DNA of 64,000 nt from Mobula hypostoma. Its lineage: Eukaryota. The first letter of the stretch is position 1; every line of letters starts with the position of its first letter. The stretch is taken from contig NC_086097.1 in the NCBI RefSeq assembly GCF_963921235.1, forward strand, positions 87,546,001 through 87,610,000, in the 5' to 3' direction. A program made the position numbers and the translations under genes. The notes beneath the pieces are model-generated. The model worked only from the letters and a program-made list of their open reading frames with translations, had not been told where the DNA came from and did not search any database. This document shows, one piece after another, positions 1-12,465 of the stretch.

Positions 1-470
1 TAGTACCAACAGTCATACACAGCACAAGGCACATATAGCACATTCAAAATCACAGTAAACATATAGTCACACAAAAACATAATGTAGACCAAGTCCCGAG
101 GTAACATGCCCTGCAGATTGATGGAGCATGAACATTATTGACGAGAACAAGCTCTCAGTAGTCCACAGACTGACTCGTGCATACAGCTTCCACCAAGCAA
201 ACATTCCGGGGGGGGGGGCCTGTCCCCAATTTGCATGGATGCTATGTCACACCGCCTCTGGCCTCTTCTCCTCCTGGTGGCTACAACAGGCAATGCCATG
301 GTTTGAGGCCTAGTCCTCGCTACAACCAAGACCGTGCCCCCACCGCCAGTCTCGCCAATAAACCAGTGAACTGGATTTGCAATATTCTATGTTACCGAAG
401 AACAACAGGGTCTTGTGATCACAAGAAAAACGTACAAGAGAATCACTCGCTGCTAGACTGCACACTGCCT
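1..470 (-). mobile_element. Non-coding non-autonomous retroelement (LINE-tail type), cut by the window start; same family as 60405-60912
   Basis: Reverse complements of 1-35 (gtgccttgtgctgtgtatgactgttggtac) and of 350-465 align by eye to 60783-60815 and 60410-60525. It may extend to about 770. Confidence 0.6.
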
Positions 471-1929
471 TCATGCAGCTAAGCTGACGCCTTTCTGTCG
501 CAGGCAGCAACAGGGTCCGCATCAAGTCCAGCTCCTTGAGCTCTTCTGCTAATGGGTAACTCGCTGATGGGGCAGACCTGCAACTCCTGAAGTTCGCGAT
601 GTCCAGCAGTGCCTTGTTATCGTAGTAAAAGGCAAAAACACCTTTGGTTGGCCCCAGTCAGGCTGCTGCATCTGAATGTACCACCATCTGGCTGGAGATG
701 TTGAACCTGAAAAGTTACTGAGAAAGTGAACCTGATGTTCCATTTTAACTGACAATGCATGTTGCTGGGTCAGTAAAATTCTTCTGGGTCCAAGTACACT
801 ACCTGTACAAATTATAGTGGTATAAATGAAATGAATTCTGAACTTTGTCAGATGTTTATATTCTGATTAAATACTCACATTTACATTGTTCAAAGTCAAA
901 TTAGAATTTTATAATATTTATTTCATTTTGAAATTATTTCTTTTTGCATGAGAAAAATCTTTTGAGTTTTGCTACAGAACATGCAGTGGATAAATGATTG
1001 ACCAACCTCTAACTCTTCAAAGTATTTCTGCCACTTTTGGGGCAAAAGTAACATATCAATTTTCAAACCATCCAGGAAGAAGCTATTGTCCTGATTGACA
1101 CTTGCCCATCTAGCCTGCAAATAAAACCCTCCAAGTGATTGTGCCAGAGCCAGCTGCACAGCTTGGCAAGGCACTCTGACTTGGAAACAGAGAACACCTT
1201 CCTCCTGGGTCTGAAATACTTGATCGCCATATCTAAAGTTTGTCAGATACCTGTAGTGTTTCAAGAAGTTTCACCATCAACTTCACAAGGAACAGGGTAA
1301 TGAGATCAGCTCCTGATAATGTCAACCAGTTGCAAGGTTGATATTTTTTGCGTATAATAAAATATACATTTTGTTGTGTAACTTATTTATTCTGCCAGAA
1401 ATTGGATTGCTCTGACATTTTTTTTTCCTTGGTTCTCCTAGATATATTTTAAGTCTGTAAAACTAAGTTGGATCGTCAATGGTTTTATTTAGAGTTGTGA
1501 ATGTACAAATATTATTGTGTGTAGCTTCAGGCAATGGCAGTTTCCTAAATAAGAAAGAACATTAAAATGAGGTTACATTGATGAGGCAGCCTATTTAAAG
1601 TCCTCTGGACTTGAAGGCAGTACTGTATATATGACCTCAAACTTTAAATAGATTTTTGGCCATTAGCAGGGAGATGAATTTAATCATTTCATGAGTTACA
1701 GAAGGTTATGACCAATTAAGCAAGCACTTTTTGACCAATTAATTCTTTTGGGAAACACATAACTTTTGCATGTGGCATTTCATTTGGTTACATTGTAGCT
1801 TTCAAGGTTTTTGTTGCTCTGAAATAAATTGTGATGATGGACTGCAGGTAATATTGCTTAGGGAATATACTATGCATTAATTTACTTGAAGTATTGTGAT
1901 GTATGCTTTTATAGTTAACATTTGTCAAT

Positions 1930-3130
1930 AAGGTACATCAGTTAATCTGGGCAGCTGCTTATTTGGGACAACTCTTAAAGATTGAAAACTATTAAGAAAA
2001 TAACTGGTATTCCTTTTGTTTATTTGGGATACTATGCCACTCAATTTGGCAAGGAAACTGTAGGCCAAGCAGTTTTCAACAAGCGGTAGATGAATTAACT
2101 TCGTGGCCTTTGGTCACTACACTGTGCTTAGGGTGAACAGTTTTTAAATAGCATCAATTCTGTGTGCCTCTGTTTAAAAAGCATTGAGTTTGGTCACTGA
2201 TAGTTGGTGAGAAATAAGCACTAAGATAGTTTAGAACTGTTTTGCCAATGGTGGTTTCAAACACTCGGGCTTGGAAATGCCAAAAATGGCTGAGAGTGAG
2301 AATGAAATTATTTCATGACTTCAGCTGTTAGGAACTGTGGAAAAATTTGAAAGTTTCAACAATTATCTTGAATATTACAATGTAAATGAATATTTGGAGG
2401 ATGCAGTTGTTGAAAAGAGTGACAAGGCAGTCCATCATCTACATTAGGTGTCTGTGCTGATTTTGTTCATTTACAGTCAATCAAAAGAACACTGCAGCGT
2501 ACACTCAGCTGTCACCCGTGGCTCCCAGGAGCTGTTTGCGTGCAACAGTGAGCACACCTGGTACATCATTTCAACAAGTAGGTTAAACCAGGTGAGGATA
2601 GCTGGTGGGCCTTATACCCCTGAGGAGCAGGGACATGCCTGTCCTTGCAAGTAAAGTCAGCTCCAGTGGACTGGGCAGATGAGATCTACAGTGAGGTGCA
2701 ATGGTCAGGAAGGTGGTTCTGCAAAGCTCTGTGGAGAGTGAAGGGTATAGCGGGGCACTGAAGAAGACATGGTCAACCAGTGCAATCAAGGAAGACCTCA
2801 GTTGTGACTAACTTGGTACCACTGGACCTAGACTTCCGGGTTCGAGAGACTGCCCTGGTGCAACAGTGTTTCCACTTTAAAAAATTTTCCCCACAGGTTT
2901 CCTGTCATCATTGGATAAGATGGGCAACCACCAAGCCAACCATTAGGACCTGGTACCCAGTTTAATAGTACTGTAGTAGTATTGATAGTACTCTAATTTG
3001 TTGTGTACTTCATTTAAATACGTGTTACTCAGTTAAACAGTAGTTTGTCTTTTCTATATACCCTTTTAACTAATTACACGAAACTTCAGCTAATTGGTGT
3101 AGCTGCGTAATTGGGCCAAAATGTATTCCG
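1930..3130. mobile_element. Tigger/pogo-like non-autonomous DNA transposon, interrupted by an insertion at about 2505-2955
   Basis: Reverse-complement similarity to 61199-62028: atttgggacaactcttaaag...tttgtttatttgggatactatgc at the left, gctgcgtaattgggccaaaatgta at the right. An acidic transposase C-terminal remnant lies near 2340-2415. Ends are degraded. Confidence 0.6.
2505..2955 (+). mobile_element. Non-autonomous element with an RTE-like 3' tail, nested in the Tigger-like element
   Basis: GC-richer block that is absent from the uninterrupted copy at 61199-62028. Its 3' motif ctgtcatcattggata (2902-2917) matches the RTE 3' end at 21757-21772. Confidence 0.5.
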
Positions 3131-3439
3131 ATGTGTTTTGAAATCTAAGTTGCATAACCTGCTTCTCCACTCGGTAATATATCATGCATTTTTTTGGCCA
3201 ATCAGTATTTGCTTTAAAAGTTTTAAGAAGTTCAAAATCCCTATGTGAATTTTGTGAATTACCAGTATCATTGCTTGTGTTAGCTGCTGTAAGTATATTC
3301 ACTGCCTTGCTTCTGCTGTTGTATTTTTTTAATAAAACTGAGTAAATGTGCTTCTGGATTTGTTTAAACTCTGTACATAGAATCATAAATTACAGCATAG
3401 CTTGTTTCACTTGTTACATACACCTGTTAGGGTGCATTC

Positions 3440-4885
3440 TCCAGTTACCTTGTAAGGTAACCGTAGCCTTCAGCCAGGAGTAGATGTTATCAGGTGGTTC
3501 CCAACCTTCACTGAGTGTTTCAACCCTTAACCATGACACTCTTCAGCTGGTGGGCCGGCAGTGGTGGCCAAATCACTGCCCAACTGATCTTGGTTTCCAG
3601 CTTCCCTCCTCTCGCCTACTCCAAATCCAACAAGAGGCTCGTTCCTACGAGCTGCTTGTTCTTTGCTCCTTCGTCCAGGCCCAGATCTGACAACATCCGC
3701 CATGCTGATTTGGCTGGGAAACCTCTGCAGCCAACCTCTGCAGGGAACAACCATGCCTGCCATCCCTTGTCTTTACACTCCTGCACTAAGGGCTGGTACT
3801 TCAAGGCCTTTCTCTCATGGGCCTCTTCCCATCCCTCCTCCCACGGCACAGTCAGCTCAACCAGAATTATTTTCTTGTCTTCGGTTGACCACAGTACAAT
3901 GTCCGGGCGTAAGGTTGTGTGCACCACATCTGGGAACTGCAACCTCCTTCCCATATCGACCTTCTTCTCCCATTACCTGGCCGTTTGGAGCAGATTAGGC
4001 TTTGGTTGTTTGGTTACGAAAGACCTAGCTCCCTCTTTGGTGAAGGTGATAGCCTTCCTCAAATCTGTGCCAGCTGTCCTCTTCTTGCATCTCTCCCGCT
4101 CTATTATGTCAGCAAGAGCCAGAAGCACCTTATCATGGTGCCACCTATATCGTCCTTGAGTTAGAGCTGTTTTACACCTGGACAGTATATGAGCCAGTGT
4201 CCCCTTTTGACCACAGAGCTTACAGTTCGGGTCCTCTCTCATCCCCCATGTGTACAGATGTAATAGTGAAGGAAGGGTGTCATACATGGATCGCAAGAGG
4301 AAGGAAATATGGAAGGGCTAAGTCTCCATAACTCTGCCCATGAGATCTTGCGCTTAGGCAGATCCCATTTTGTCCAGGCACCCTGGGACCCTTGTTCCAC
4401 TGCCTTTGACATCTGCTTTTCTTCCTCATGGATCCATACTTCTGCCTGTATCATGTCTCGCCTGTTCCTTATGCTTGCGTTTCCACACTTCTGGTAGTGA
4501 ACAGAGCCGAGGCCTTGCCGCCTGACGCAGGGGTTGCCGATGAAATCTCGCAGCTTCCGAGAACACACTGCCTCCTCCACAGCTGTGATGTCTGCCCACT
4601 TGCGCCCAGATCTGGTTGTAACGTCTGCTTGCTTTACCAAGACGACATTGGAATCTCTCAAGCTTAATAAGGCTCTGCATTTTGCCACCTTGAATGCCTT
4701 CTCAACAGATGACAGGGGAAGTTGAAGTTGCAGTTGCCCAGAACGAATGTAGAGGCCCACTGAAGAGAAGCTTGGGGGAAATCCCAACCATCTCCACAGG
4801 TGCTTGTTGGTTTTCCTCTCAATGCCTTCTACGGCAGTCATGGGGTACTCATAAAGTGTGAAGAGCCAGAGAAGCCTTGGCAGAA
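3440..4885 (-). mobile_element. HERO-type (R2-group) non-LTR retrotransposon with restriction-like endonuclease, 5'-truncated and frameshifted
   Basis: Three successive minus-strand ORFs: 4239-4940 (late RT/linker ILPRLLWLF...QGAWTKW), 3973-4296 (CCHC CKLC...HILSRC, RWHHDKVL) and 3616-3954 (LRPDIVLW...VELTVPWE...RKALKY...EVGCRGF, a PD-(D/E)xK nuclease). ERASCWIWSRRE follows in a shifted frame. Confidence 0.8.
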
Positions 4886-5524
4886 TGAATGTGTGTATAT
4901 AAATAAATAACGGGTGGGGTACAAGGGGGAGGTGGGGCATTAGCAGAAGTTTGAGAAGTCAATGTTCATGCCATTGACTTGACTTGGAGGCTACCCAGAG
5001 GGAATATAGGGTGTTGTTCCTCCAACCTGAGTGTGGCTTCATCTTTACAAATAGAGGAGGCTGTGGATAGACATATCAGAATGAGAATGGGATGTGGAAT
5101 TTGTGTGGCCACTGGGAGATCCTTCTTTCTTTGATGGACAGACACTCATATTCATTCTGTCTCTGTCTCTGTCTCTCTCTCTTCCACCCCCCCCCCCATC
5201 CATCCTCTGGGTTTCCCCCCCTCCCCCTTTTCTTTCTCCTTGTGCCTCCTGTCCCATGATCCTCTCATATCCCTTTTGCCAATCACCTGTCCAGCTCTTG
5301 GCTCCATCCCTCCCCTCCTGTCTTCTATCATTTTGGATCTTCCCCTCCCCCTCCCACTTTCAAATCTCTTACTAGCTGTTCTTTCAGTTAGTCCTGACAA
5401 AGGGTCTCGGCCCGAAACGTCAACTGTACCTCTTCCTAGAGATGCTGCCTGGCCTGGTGCGTTCACCAGCAACTTGGATGTGTGTTGCTTGAATTTCCAG
5501 CATCTGCAGATTTCCTCGTGTTTG
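4885..5524. mobile_element. Penelope-like element 3' portion, inverted arrangement (minus arm about 4885-5130, plus arm about 5140-5524)
   Basis: The minus arm encodes the GIY-YIG C-terminal remnant (NSTSHSHSDMSIH). The plus arm matches 53480-53875, with a decayed hammerhead at 5390-5425 (CTGACAA) and the terminal tail. Confidence 0.8.
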
Positions 5525-5589
5525 AGTGAAATTATCCTGTTTGGTTCAAGAGGGATCCAAATGCCTTTAAAACATATGTAATTGTACTT

Positions 5590-6095
5590 TTCTCTACCAC
5601 CTTCCTTAGCAGTTTGTTCCATCTAACCAGCACCCTCTGTGAAAAGATTTGCCTCTCGTATCTCCTTTAAATTTCTTTCCACTCACCTTAAACCTGTACC
5701 CTCTTATTCTAGATTCCATTGCCCCAGGGGAAAAAGACATGGACTATCCACATCTCTGTCCTTGTACTTCTATAAATCTGCAGAAGGTCATGCCACAGCT
5801 TCCCATGTACAGTGAAAACAAGCCCAGCCCACTCAGTCTCTCCTTGTGGCTACAGTCCTCCACTCTAGGCAACATCCTGGTGGATCTCTTCTCTTTTCAC
5901 CACATACAGTTTTTTTAAACCCTAAATAAAGCTATCTAGAACACATGTGGCAAATGGAATTATACGCAATATTCCCAGATCAATCTTTTCTTCAACTGGA
6001 CTATGAAGTCTTTACACCTACATTCACTGCCTCGGCTCATGAAGGCAAGTATGCCAAATGATTTTTGCATGACTCTTTCCCACCCATGTCACCAC
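5590..6095 (-). mobile_element. CR1-type LINE 3' fragment
   Basis: accaccttccttagcagtttgttcca...caccctctgtgaaaag...cctttaaatttc is similar to 15290-15420 and 43020-43110. Resembles an elasmobranch CR1/HER1 3' region. Confidence 0.6.
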
Positions 6096-6693
6096 ATTCT
6101 TTCCTGGATAATTTTAACTGACACGGCTCGTTGTGTGTGTCAACTCAGTCTTTTATTTGTACATCCTACCATAATCATTTAGTTCAGCATTTTGCATTTG
6201 TTTCTTTGGATTTCTAGCATCAGCAGAAGTTTTTGTGTTTATGATTTAGTTAGAGCTGTGCAAGCTAGTAGAATTATTAAACTATCTATCTACGTGCTAA
6301 TTGTCTTGAGCGATATGATTGTGATGACAAAATCCAAATTGTCGCTCATGTAAGTTCCATAATTTGAATGCAATTTAATATCCTCATGTCTTTATAACAG
6401 CATTATAAGTAGTTTTACTTAGTTGTTCTAAAGCTGTTGTATGCATTTGTTATATTGAGGAAGGTTTCATTCTCAGAAGAGTATTTATAAAGTGATGGAT
6501 TCAGTATCCTGGTAATAGCTAACCCTAAGCCATTAGCTTTAAGTAAAATAAACCTGTTCATCAGATTACTCTTCATGGGACCTTGTTGCATTATGCAGGT
6601 GCTTACATTTCAGACATCTTTGCTTGGTTCTGAGACATTAACTAAATGCATTTAGCCCTCTCAACTGCCCTAACCAACTCATGGTTGTGTTAA

Positions 6694-6941
6694 GCACAAA
6701 ATGATGGAGGAAATCAGTGGGCCAGGCAGCATCAATGGAAAAAAGCACAGTTAATGTTTTGAGCTGAAAACACAGACAACAGAAAATCTGCAGATACTGG
6801 AAATCCAAGCAACACACAAAAACCACATTTTCGCTCATAACGTCGACTGTACTTTTTTCCATAGATGCTGCCTGGCCTGCTGAGCTCCCAGCATTTTGTG
6901 TGTGTTGCTCAGTTTTCCAGCATCTGCACATTTTCTCTTGT
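6694..6941. mobile_element. Penelope-like fold-back insertion (subfamily B), three-piece
   Basis: Inverted arms containing ggccaggcagcatc and gatgctgcctggcc. TSD tcatggttgtgttaa (6679-6693) vs tcacggttctgttaa (6942-6956). Confidence 0.75.
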
Positions 6942-7145
6942 TCACGGTTCTGTTAAATGTTAGCATAGAACTTGAAAGTTGGCTGGCTCAAGATATAACT
7001 GTGGTTTGGAGGAGAATTGAGGAAGGATAATTGAGGTAGTATCTGAATTCAACTCCTAGGTGTTGTGAGCTTCACATATGGCAACAGCTAATATTGGCTA
7101 TACTTGTTTTTTTGCCTAAATATAATCATCTTGAGGTGCTTTTTA

Positions 7146-7590
7146 CTTGCTGCCCATTACACCATTGGTGTTCAGGGCAGCATTTGAAGGTCCTCCATCT
7201 CTAGCAGTGTTCAGGGCTTCTTTCTTCGCGACAGTTGCTTCCTTCTTCGCGACAGTTGCTTCCTCTCAGTCTTCACTACTGTCACTCAGGGAAGTCCCGG
7301 ATGGAGACTCAGGAATACCATTGCACTCTGATGTAGAAGGTTTTTTGCAGAGCTGTTTCCGCAAGAATTTTGTTTCACCAGTCAGAGTTGTTAGCCCTGA
7401 GCTGAACCCCTGAACCTGGAGGACTGTTGGACCAATCCTGGTCTGGCCTTTACTCTTTGACTTGTTTGGCAAGGATGACCCTACCAAGAGCCAAAGCATA
7501 AAACCCTGTCTCCAGTCAACATTACTCTCTGGGTCATTGAAGTACACAAGCCTCCAAACCCAACAACGAGATTGTCCTCTTGGAGGTTGA
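7146..7590 (-). mobile_element. RTE-derived non-autonomous (5'UTR plus 3' tail) element
   Basis: The minus strand reads gtcctccaggttcaggggttcagctcagggctaacaac, resembling RTE 5'UTRs, and ends with ...gctgccctgaacaccaatggtgtaatgggcagc. No coding capacity. A 21-bp tandem duplication lies at about 7222-7264. Confidence 0.5.
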
Positions 7591-7852
7591 GGTGCTTTGC
7601 AGAGTTTAAAGCATGGGTTTCTGGGTAGTGAATTCTCTATTTTCGCTGAATTGTGGACGCTGAGAATAAATGCAGTATATTTATCTGAACTTTGGCTTTT
7701 TTTCAAGTAGATTTGATGACGGATGTGACTTGCTGATTGCAGTTCAGGTATGGTTGTATTTCAGGACAGCCAGAGATCTGTATTGTTGATCCAGACTTGC
7801 AAAGTCAAATCCCACCATGTCATCTGGGGAATTGAATTCCAATTTTTTTTTT

Positions 7853-7978
7853 CAAACAAGAGAAAATCTGCAGATGCTGGAAATCCAAGTGACACACACA
7901 TGATGCTGGAGAAACTCGGCAGGCTAGGCAACAGTATGGATAAGAGTCGACATTTTGGGCGGAGACCGTTCATCAGAA
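7853..7978 (-). mobile_element. Penelope-like terminal fragment (subfamily B), single arm
   Basis: aaatctgcagatgctggaaatccaag...gagtcgacattttgggcggagaccgttcatcag; the fragment ends at the hammerhead CUGAUGA box. Confidence 0.7.
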
Positions 7979-9321
7979 GAATTATTATTTACCAGTATTT
8001 GAAAGAAAGCTGGTCTTTCTAGTGATGACATGGAATTGCTGGATTGCTGTGAAAATAAAATCTATAGTTCATTAGCCTCCTTTTTAGGCAAATAAATCTC
8101 AGTGTGACCTATGTGAAAGTACAGACTTGAAAATGTATTTTAATTGACTTCTGACTCAGCCTGTACAGTCCACATCCCTTAAATAAATGAAAAAAAAAGA
8201 TGCCACCTGTATGCATTTGAAAATGTATGAAGTTTACTCATTTGGTTTGGGGGAAAGATCATATTTGTATCCTGTATGTGATAACGGATGGATGTGTTGG
8301 GTAAAAACCATAAGCCAAGTTTTGACAACTATTGGCACGGTTTAATGTATTTATATCTGTGGTGGAGACGGATGTCAAAACTGAAAGCAAAGCTCTAATT
8401 TTGACCATTTAAAAAAAATCAACACTTCATTCCAGAAGAGATTGAATTAGAATGTCTTGTTCTCTGGTTGCTGATAGAGCAATTAAGGTGTTTCCTGTTT
8501 TAAAGGACCTGCAACAATTGTGTCTTGACTTGTTGCATGAGTCATGCACTGATATGAGAATGTAATTCTGGTAACGCAGGATAATGTTGCCCAATGCAGT
8601 AAATTAATGCTTCTGTGAAGTACATTTTTGTGCCCTGTTTATCACACCTGTTTACATTATTCCTTGGGTTTGGTTCACACTATATTGAGCTAAATCTGAC
8701 CTGAATGGTCTTGTTTAATTTCCCTGTTAAATACTGCAAAGCAATTAACAGCACATAAACTATATTTTTTGTGTTGAAGTTCTTTACGTATTGTGATGTA
8801 AAGTGCCATTCTGAAAAGTTATTTTGTTCTTAAGTTTCCTCAGAATGGAAAACAGAACTGAATTTTTTGTGTTGCAGCAGTATGTTTGGATATTGACTCT
8901 TGTATTCATGTGTCAGAAGATTTCAAAACAGAAAATATTGCTTTTATTATTGCTTTTTTCCTATACTGCTGGCCATTAATGCTGCTCATTTGAAAGTTTC
9001 CCAACAGTTAACTAGGTGAGATACAGATTTAAGCTTCCTTGACTCCAGCCAAGAGGAAAATACTGAACTTGCTGAGCTCTTTTTTCCACAATTACAGAAT
9101 GTCGCAAGTACTTCATAGTCAACAAAATTGCTTTGGAGTGTAGATGTTGAATGGGGTTATGTGGTAGATAGTCCATGTAGAGTAAGATCTCAAGGAGTAA
9201 GGATGAATGGCTTTAAGATAAGAGATAAAATGTGTGGAGTGAGCTTGAAGAATGCTAAACCCAGGCTGTAGCTAAAGCAGGGGTATGCTAGAAGCAGTAC
9301 TCCAACAGCATTTATTTGCAT

Positions 9322-10082
9322 TTCAAGTCAAGTCGTCACTTTTTATTGTCATTTCAACCATAACTGCTGGTACAGAACGTAATAGAAATGAGACTACGTT
9401 TTCCAGGACCATGGTGCTACGTGAAACAATATAAAAACTACACTGAACTATGTAAGAAAAAAACACAAAAACTACACCAAACTACAGACTTACCCAGGAC
9501 TGCATAAAGTGCACAAAACAGTGCAGGCACTACAATAAACAATAAATAATAAACAAGACAATATGCACAGTAGAGGGTGTAGTAGGTTGGTGTCAAGCCA
9601 GGATCTGGGTATTGAGGAGTCTGATGGCTTGAGGGAAGAAACTGTTACATAGTCTGGTCATGAGAGCCCGAATACTTCAGTGCCTTTTGCCAAACAGCAG
9701 GAGGGAGAAGAGTTTATATGAGGGGTGCGTGAGGTCCTTCATAATGCTGTTTGCTTTGCGGATGCAGCGTGTGGTGTAAATGTCTGTGATGGCTGGAAGA
9801 GACACCCCGATGATCTTCTCAGCTGACCTCACTATCTGCTGCAGGGTCTTGCAATCCAAGATGGTAGAATTTCTGAACCAGGCCGTGATGCAGCTGCTCA
9901 GGATGCTCTCAATGCAACGTCTGTAGAATGTGGTGAGGATGGGGGGGTGGGGGTGGGAGATGGACTTTTCTCAGCCTTCGCAGAAAGTAGAGATGCTGCT
10001 GGGCTTCCTTTGCTATGGAGCTGGTGTTGAGGGACCAGGTGAGATTTTCTGCCAGGTGAACACCAAGAAATTTGGTGCTCTT
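9322..10082 (-). mobile_element. Rex1/Babar LINE 3' end
   Basis: ORF 9677-9859 DCKTLQQIVRSAEKIIGVSLP...HPSYKLFSLLLFGKRH is a typical Rex1 C-terminus. Tail aataaaaagtgacgacttgacttg on the minus strand. Confidence 0.8.
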
Positions 10083-10437
10083 TACTCTTGAAATGCTGTG
10101 GCTACAGTTTGAATGTTGGAAAATGGGAATGGTATAGATAGGGGTATAGTAGCTGGCACAGACGTGATTCTCAGAAAGGCCTTGCTGTGTAACTCTAAGC
10201 AGAAAATAAGTTGAATAATCAAGTAATCCAGAATGATTTACTTTATTGAAATACAGCGTGGAATAGTCCTTTCCGGTCCTTCAAGACACATTGCCCAACA
10301 ATCCTGAGATTTAATTCTAGTCTATTTATGGGACAATTTACAATGACTAATTAAGCTACCAACCCGTATGACTTTATGGTTGAGGAAAGAATATGCCCAG
10401 GGCATTATGTAAATTCAAACTCATTTGACTGGTCCTC

Positions 10438-10790
10438 TGGGTGGCACAGTAGCACGGTGGTTAACGCATCACTTTACAGTGACCGCAGTCGCCGATCGGG
10501 ATTCAATTTCTGCAGCTGCCTGTAAGGAGTTTGTACGTTCTCGCTGTGACCGTGCAGTTCCCTCCAGGTGCTCTGGTTTCCTCAAACTTTCCAAAGATAT
10601 ACAGTTAGGATCAGTGAGTTGTAAGCATGCTTTGCTGACACTGGAAGCATGGCGGCTCTTGCGAGCTCCCGAGCACAATGCTTACTGATTTGATAATGAT
10701 CATAAAATAAAGCAGACTGTATGTTTCACTGTATGTTTTGAGGTTTCGATGTACATGTGTGCAAATAAAGCAAATATTTATCTTCAAAAA
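10438..10790 (+). mobile_element. tRNA-derived V-SINE
   Basis: Head ggtggcacagtagcacggtggtta...gattcaatttc, then V-domain-like gcctgtaaggagtttgtacgttctc...ggtgctctggtttcctc...ccaaaga. A partial minus-strand relative lies at about 10240-10400. Confidence 0.7.
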
Positions 10791-11227
10791 GATCTTTAGT
10801 ACCATGTAGTCCTTTACATCTGCATGAACCATTCAATAAAATGTCAGGACCTTACTGTGATATGTCTCTGCTGATGGATGCCTGCTTTGACAATGCAGGA
10901 CTTGCATATTGAGAAGATTGTCTGCTTCATGGAGCTTGAACTGACAACCACCGTATCTGGCTGCAGTGACCAGTGGAAAAACCTAGGGACTTGTTGTATT
11001 CCCTGGCTTGTGAATTTATTTTCCCACAATAACCATTTATGATTATGACAATGTTCATCATAACCTGCATTGTGTGCAAATGTATCGAAGCACAAATGAT
11101 TCTATTCTCATGTGCTGTCTAGGGTTATATGCATTAATGGGCCATACTGGGACCATACTGGGTCTGGGTATGTATTAAAAGGTTCTTACACAGGTGACCT
11201 TGTTGAAAAGTACTTATTCTTGAGGTT

Positions 11228-11265
11228 CAACACGAGGAAATCTGCAGATGCTGGAAATACAAAGC

Positions 11266-11301
<36 letters not shown>

Positions 11302-11447
11302 ACTGGAGAAACTCAGCAGGTCAGGCAACATCCATGGAACTGAATTTATAGTCGATGTTTCAGGATGAGTTTTGGCCTGGAACATCAACTATTTTTTTCA
11401 TTTCCATGGATGCTGTTGAGTTCATGCAGCATTTTGTGTGTGTGTTG
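11228..11447. mobile_element. Penelope-like fold-back insertion (subfamily B) with internal (CA)n expansion
   Basis: TSD ttattcttgaggtt (11214-11227) vs ttattgttgaggtt (11448-11461). The inverted arms join at a decayed hammerhead near 11350-11390. (CA)n at about 11268-11298. Confidence 0.8.
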
Positions 11448-11596
11448 TTATTGTTGAGGTTGAGTGGTTTTGAAAAGTTTGAACTGCCGAGGGCAAATGT
11501 CCGATTTGTCTTTTGAACCTGCAACACATCCTTTTTGTGAGTGCTAGCTTTGCTTGGGGATGAATGGCTAATGTTTCCTTTCCTTCTCATTTTCAG

Positions 11597-11668
11597 AATA
11601 ATTCCAGCTGCCTTAAAAATGGAAATAGTGAATGTGCATGCCAAGCTTCTGAGCATCTGAAAATAAAG
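11597..11668 (+). other. Candidate 72-nt host-gene exon
   Basis: Strong pyrimidine tract tttcctttccttctcattttcag before it and donor AAG|gtgagg after it. Length is divisible by 3 and phase 0 is open (NNSSCLKNGNSECACQASEHLKIK). No homology recognised. Confidence 0.35.
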
Positions 11669-11829
11669 GTGAGGTTAATTTATTGTTTTAAAATGACTCC
11701 CAAATCATCTATTTGTTTTGATTGATGTCCTGTACACTTCACTGTTTTCTTGTTTTATTTTGGATTTCCAATTATCAGAGCTTCTAATAAACTGACAGCT
11801 CTAAATGACTTTTGAATGGAGTGCAGGTG

Positions 11830-12465
11830 CTCTGCAAAATGATCTCCTAGTCTAGGCCTGTTTTGCCAATGTAGAGGAGGTCATCTTGAGTTTCAAGTTG
11901 CATTTTCTCTGCTTTCACCATGATGATGCCAAATCCAATCTAGAAGAACAGCATCTCCTATTCCTTTTGAGTAGTCAAAAAAAATTCAGGTTATCCACTC
12001 CCCTTTTTCCACTCCTACCAGTCCATCCAGGGTCTCCCTCCTTGTTCACTTTTTCCATATCTTCCTACTCCCTCCCCCACCCCACTTGTTAACTGCTTTC
12101 ATCACCGACTCCTTCCCTCTTGTCCAAGACACAGGCGCACAAACGTGGCTCCATCTACCTATTTATTTTGGTTATTTTTCCACCTATTATCTTCAGCCTC
12201 TGTCTCAATACTCTCACTTCACTTTCTTGGTTCCACTGCCCCCAAAACCTCCCCCACCTTCTCCCTGTCTGGTTCCGCCTAACACCTTCCAGCCTCCCTC
12301 TGTCTCACCCCTCTCTTTCATCCTTACACACTCAGCCTTGATGTTGAGATCTCAACCAGAAATGTCTACCATCGCTTTGCTTCATAGATGCTGCTTAACC
12401 AGCTGATTTCTTACAGTAGTTTGTTTTGCTCCAGATTTCAGCATCTGCAGTCTCTTGTGTCTCCT
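11830..12465 (+). mobile_element. Older, diverged Penelope-like 3' portion
   Basis: ORF 11886 contains DAKSNLEEQHLLFLL, paralogous to EATLRLEEQHLIFRL at 53350. A pyrimidine-rich spacer and tail catagatgctgc...agatttcagcatctgcag follow. A further decayed hairpin lies at about 12560-12765. Confidence 0.65.

Noticed and set aside
923..1264. 113-aa minus-strand ORF with a faint mariner- or L1-like C-terminal look
   Set aside because: No diagnostic motif, TIR or tail could be confirmed.
3515..4159. 214-aa plus-strand ORF
   Set aside because: It is the antisense shadow of the HERO-type endonuclease region.
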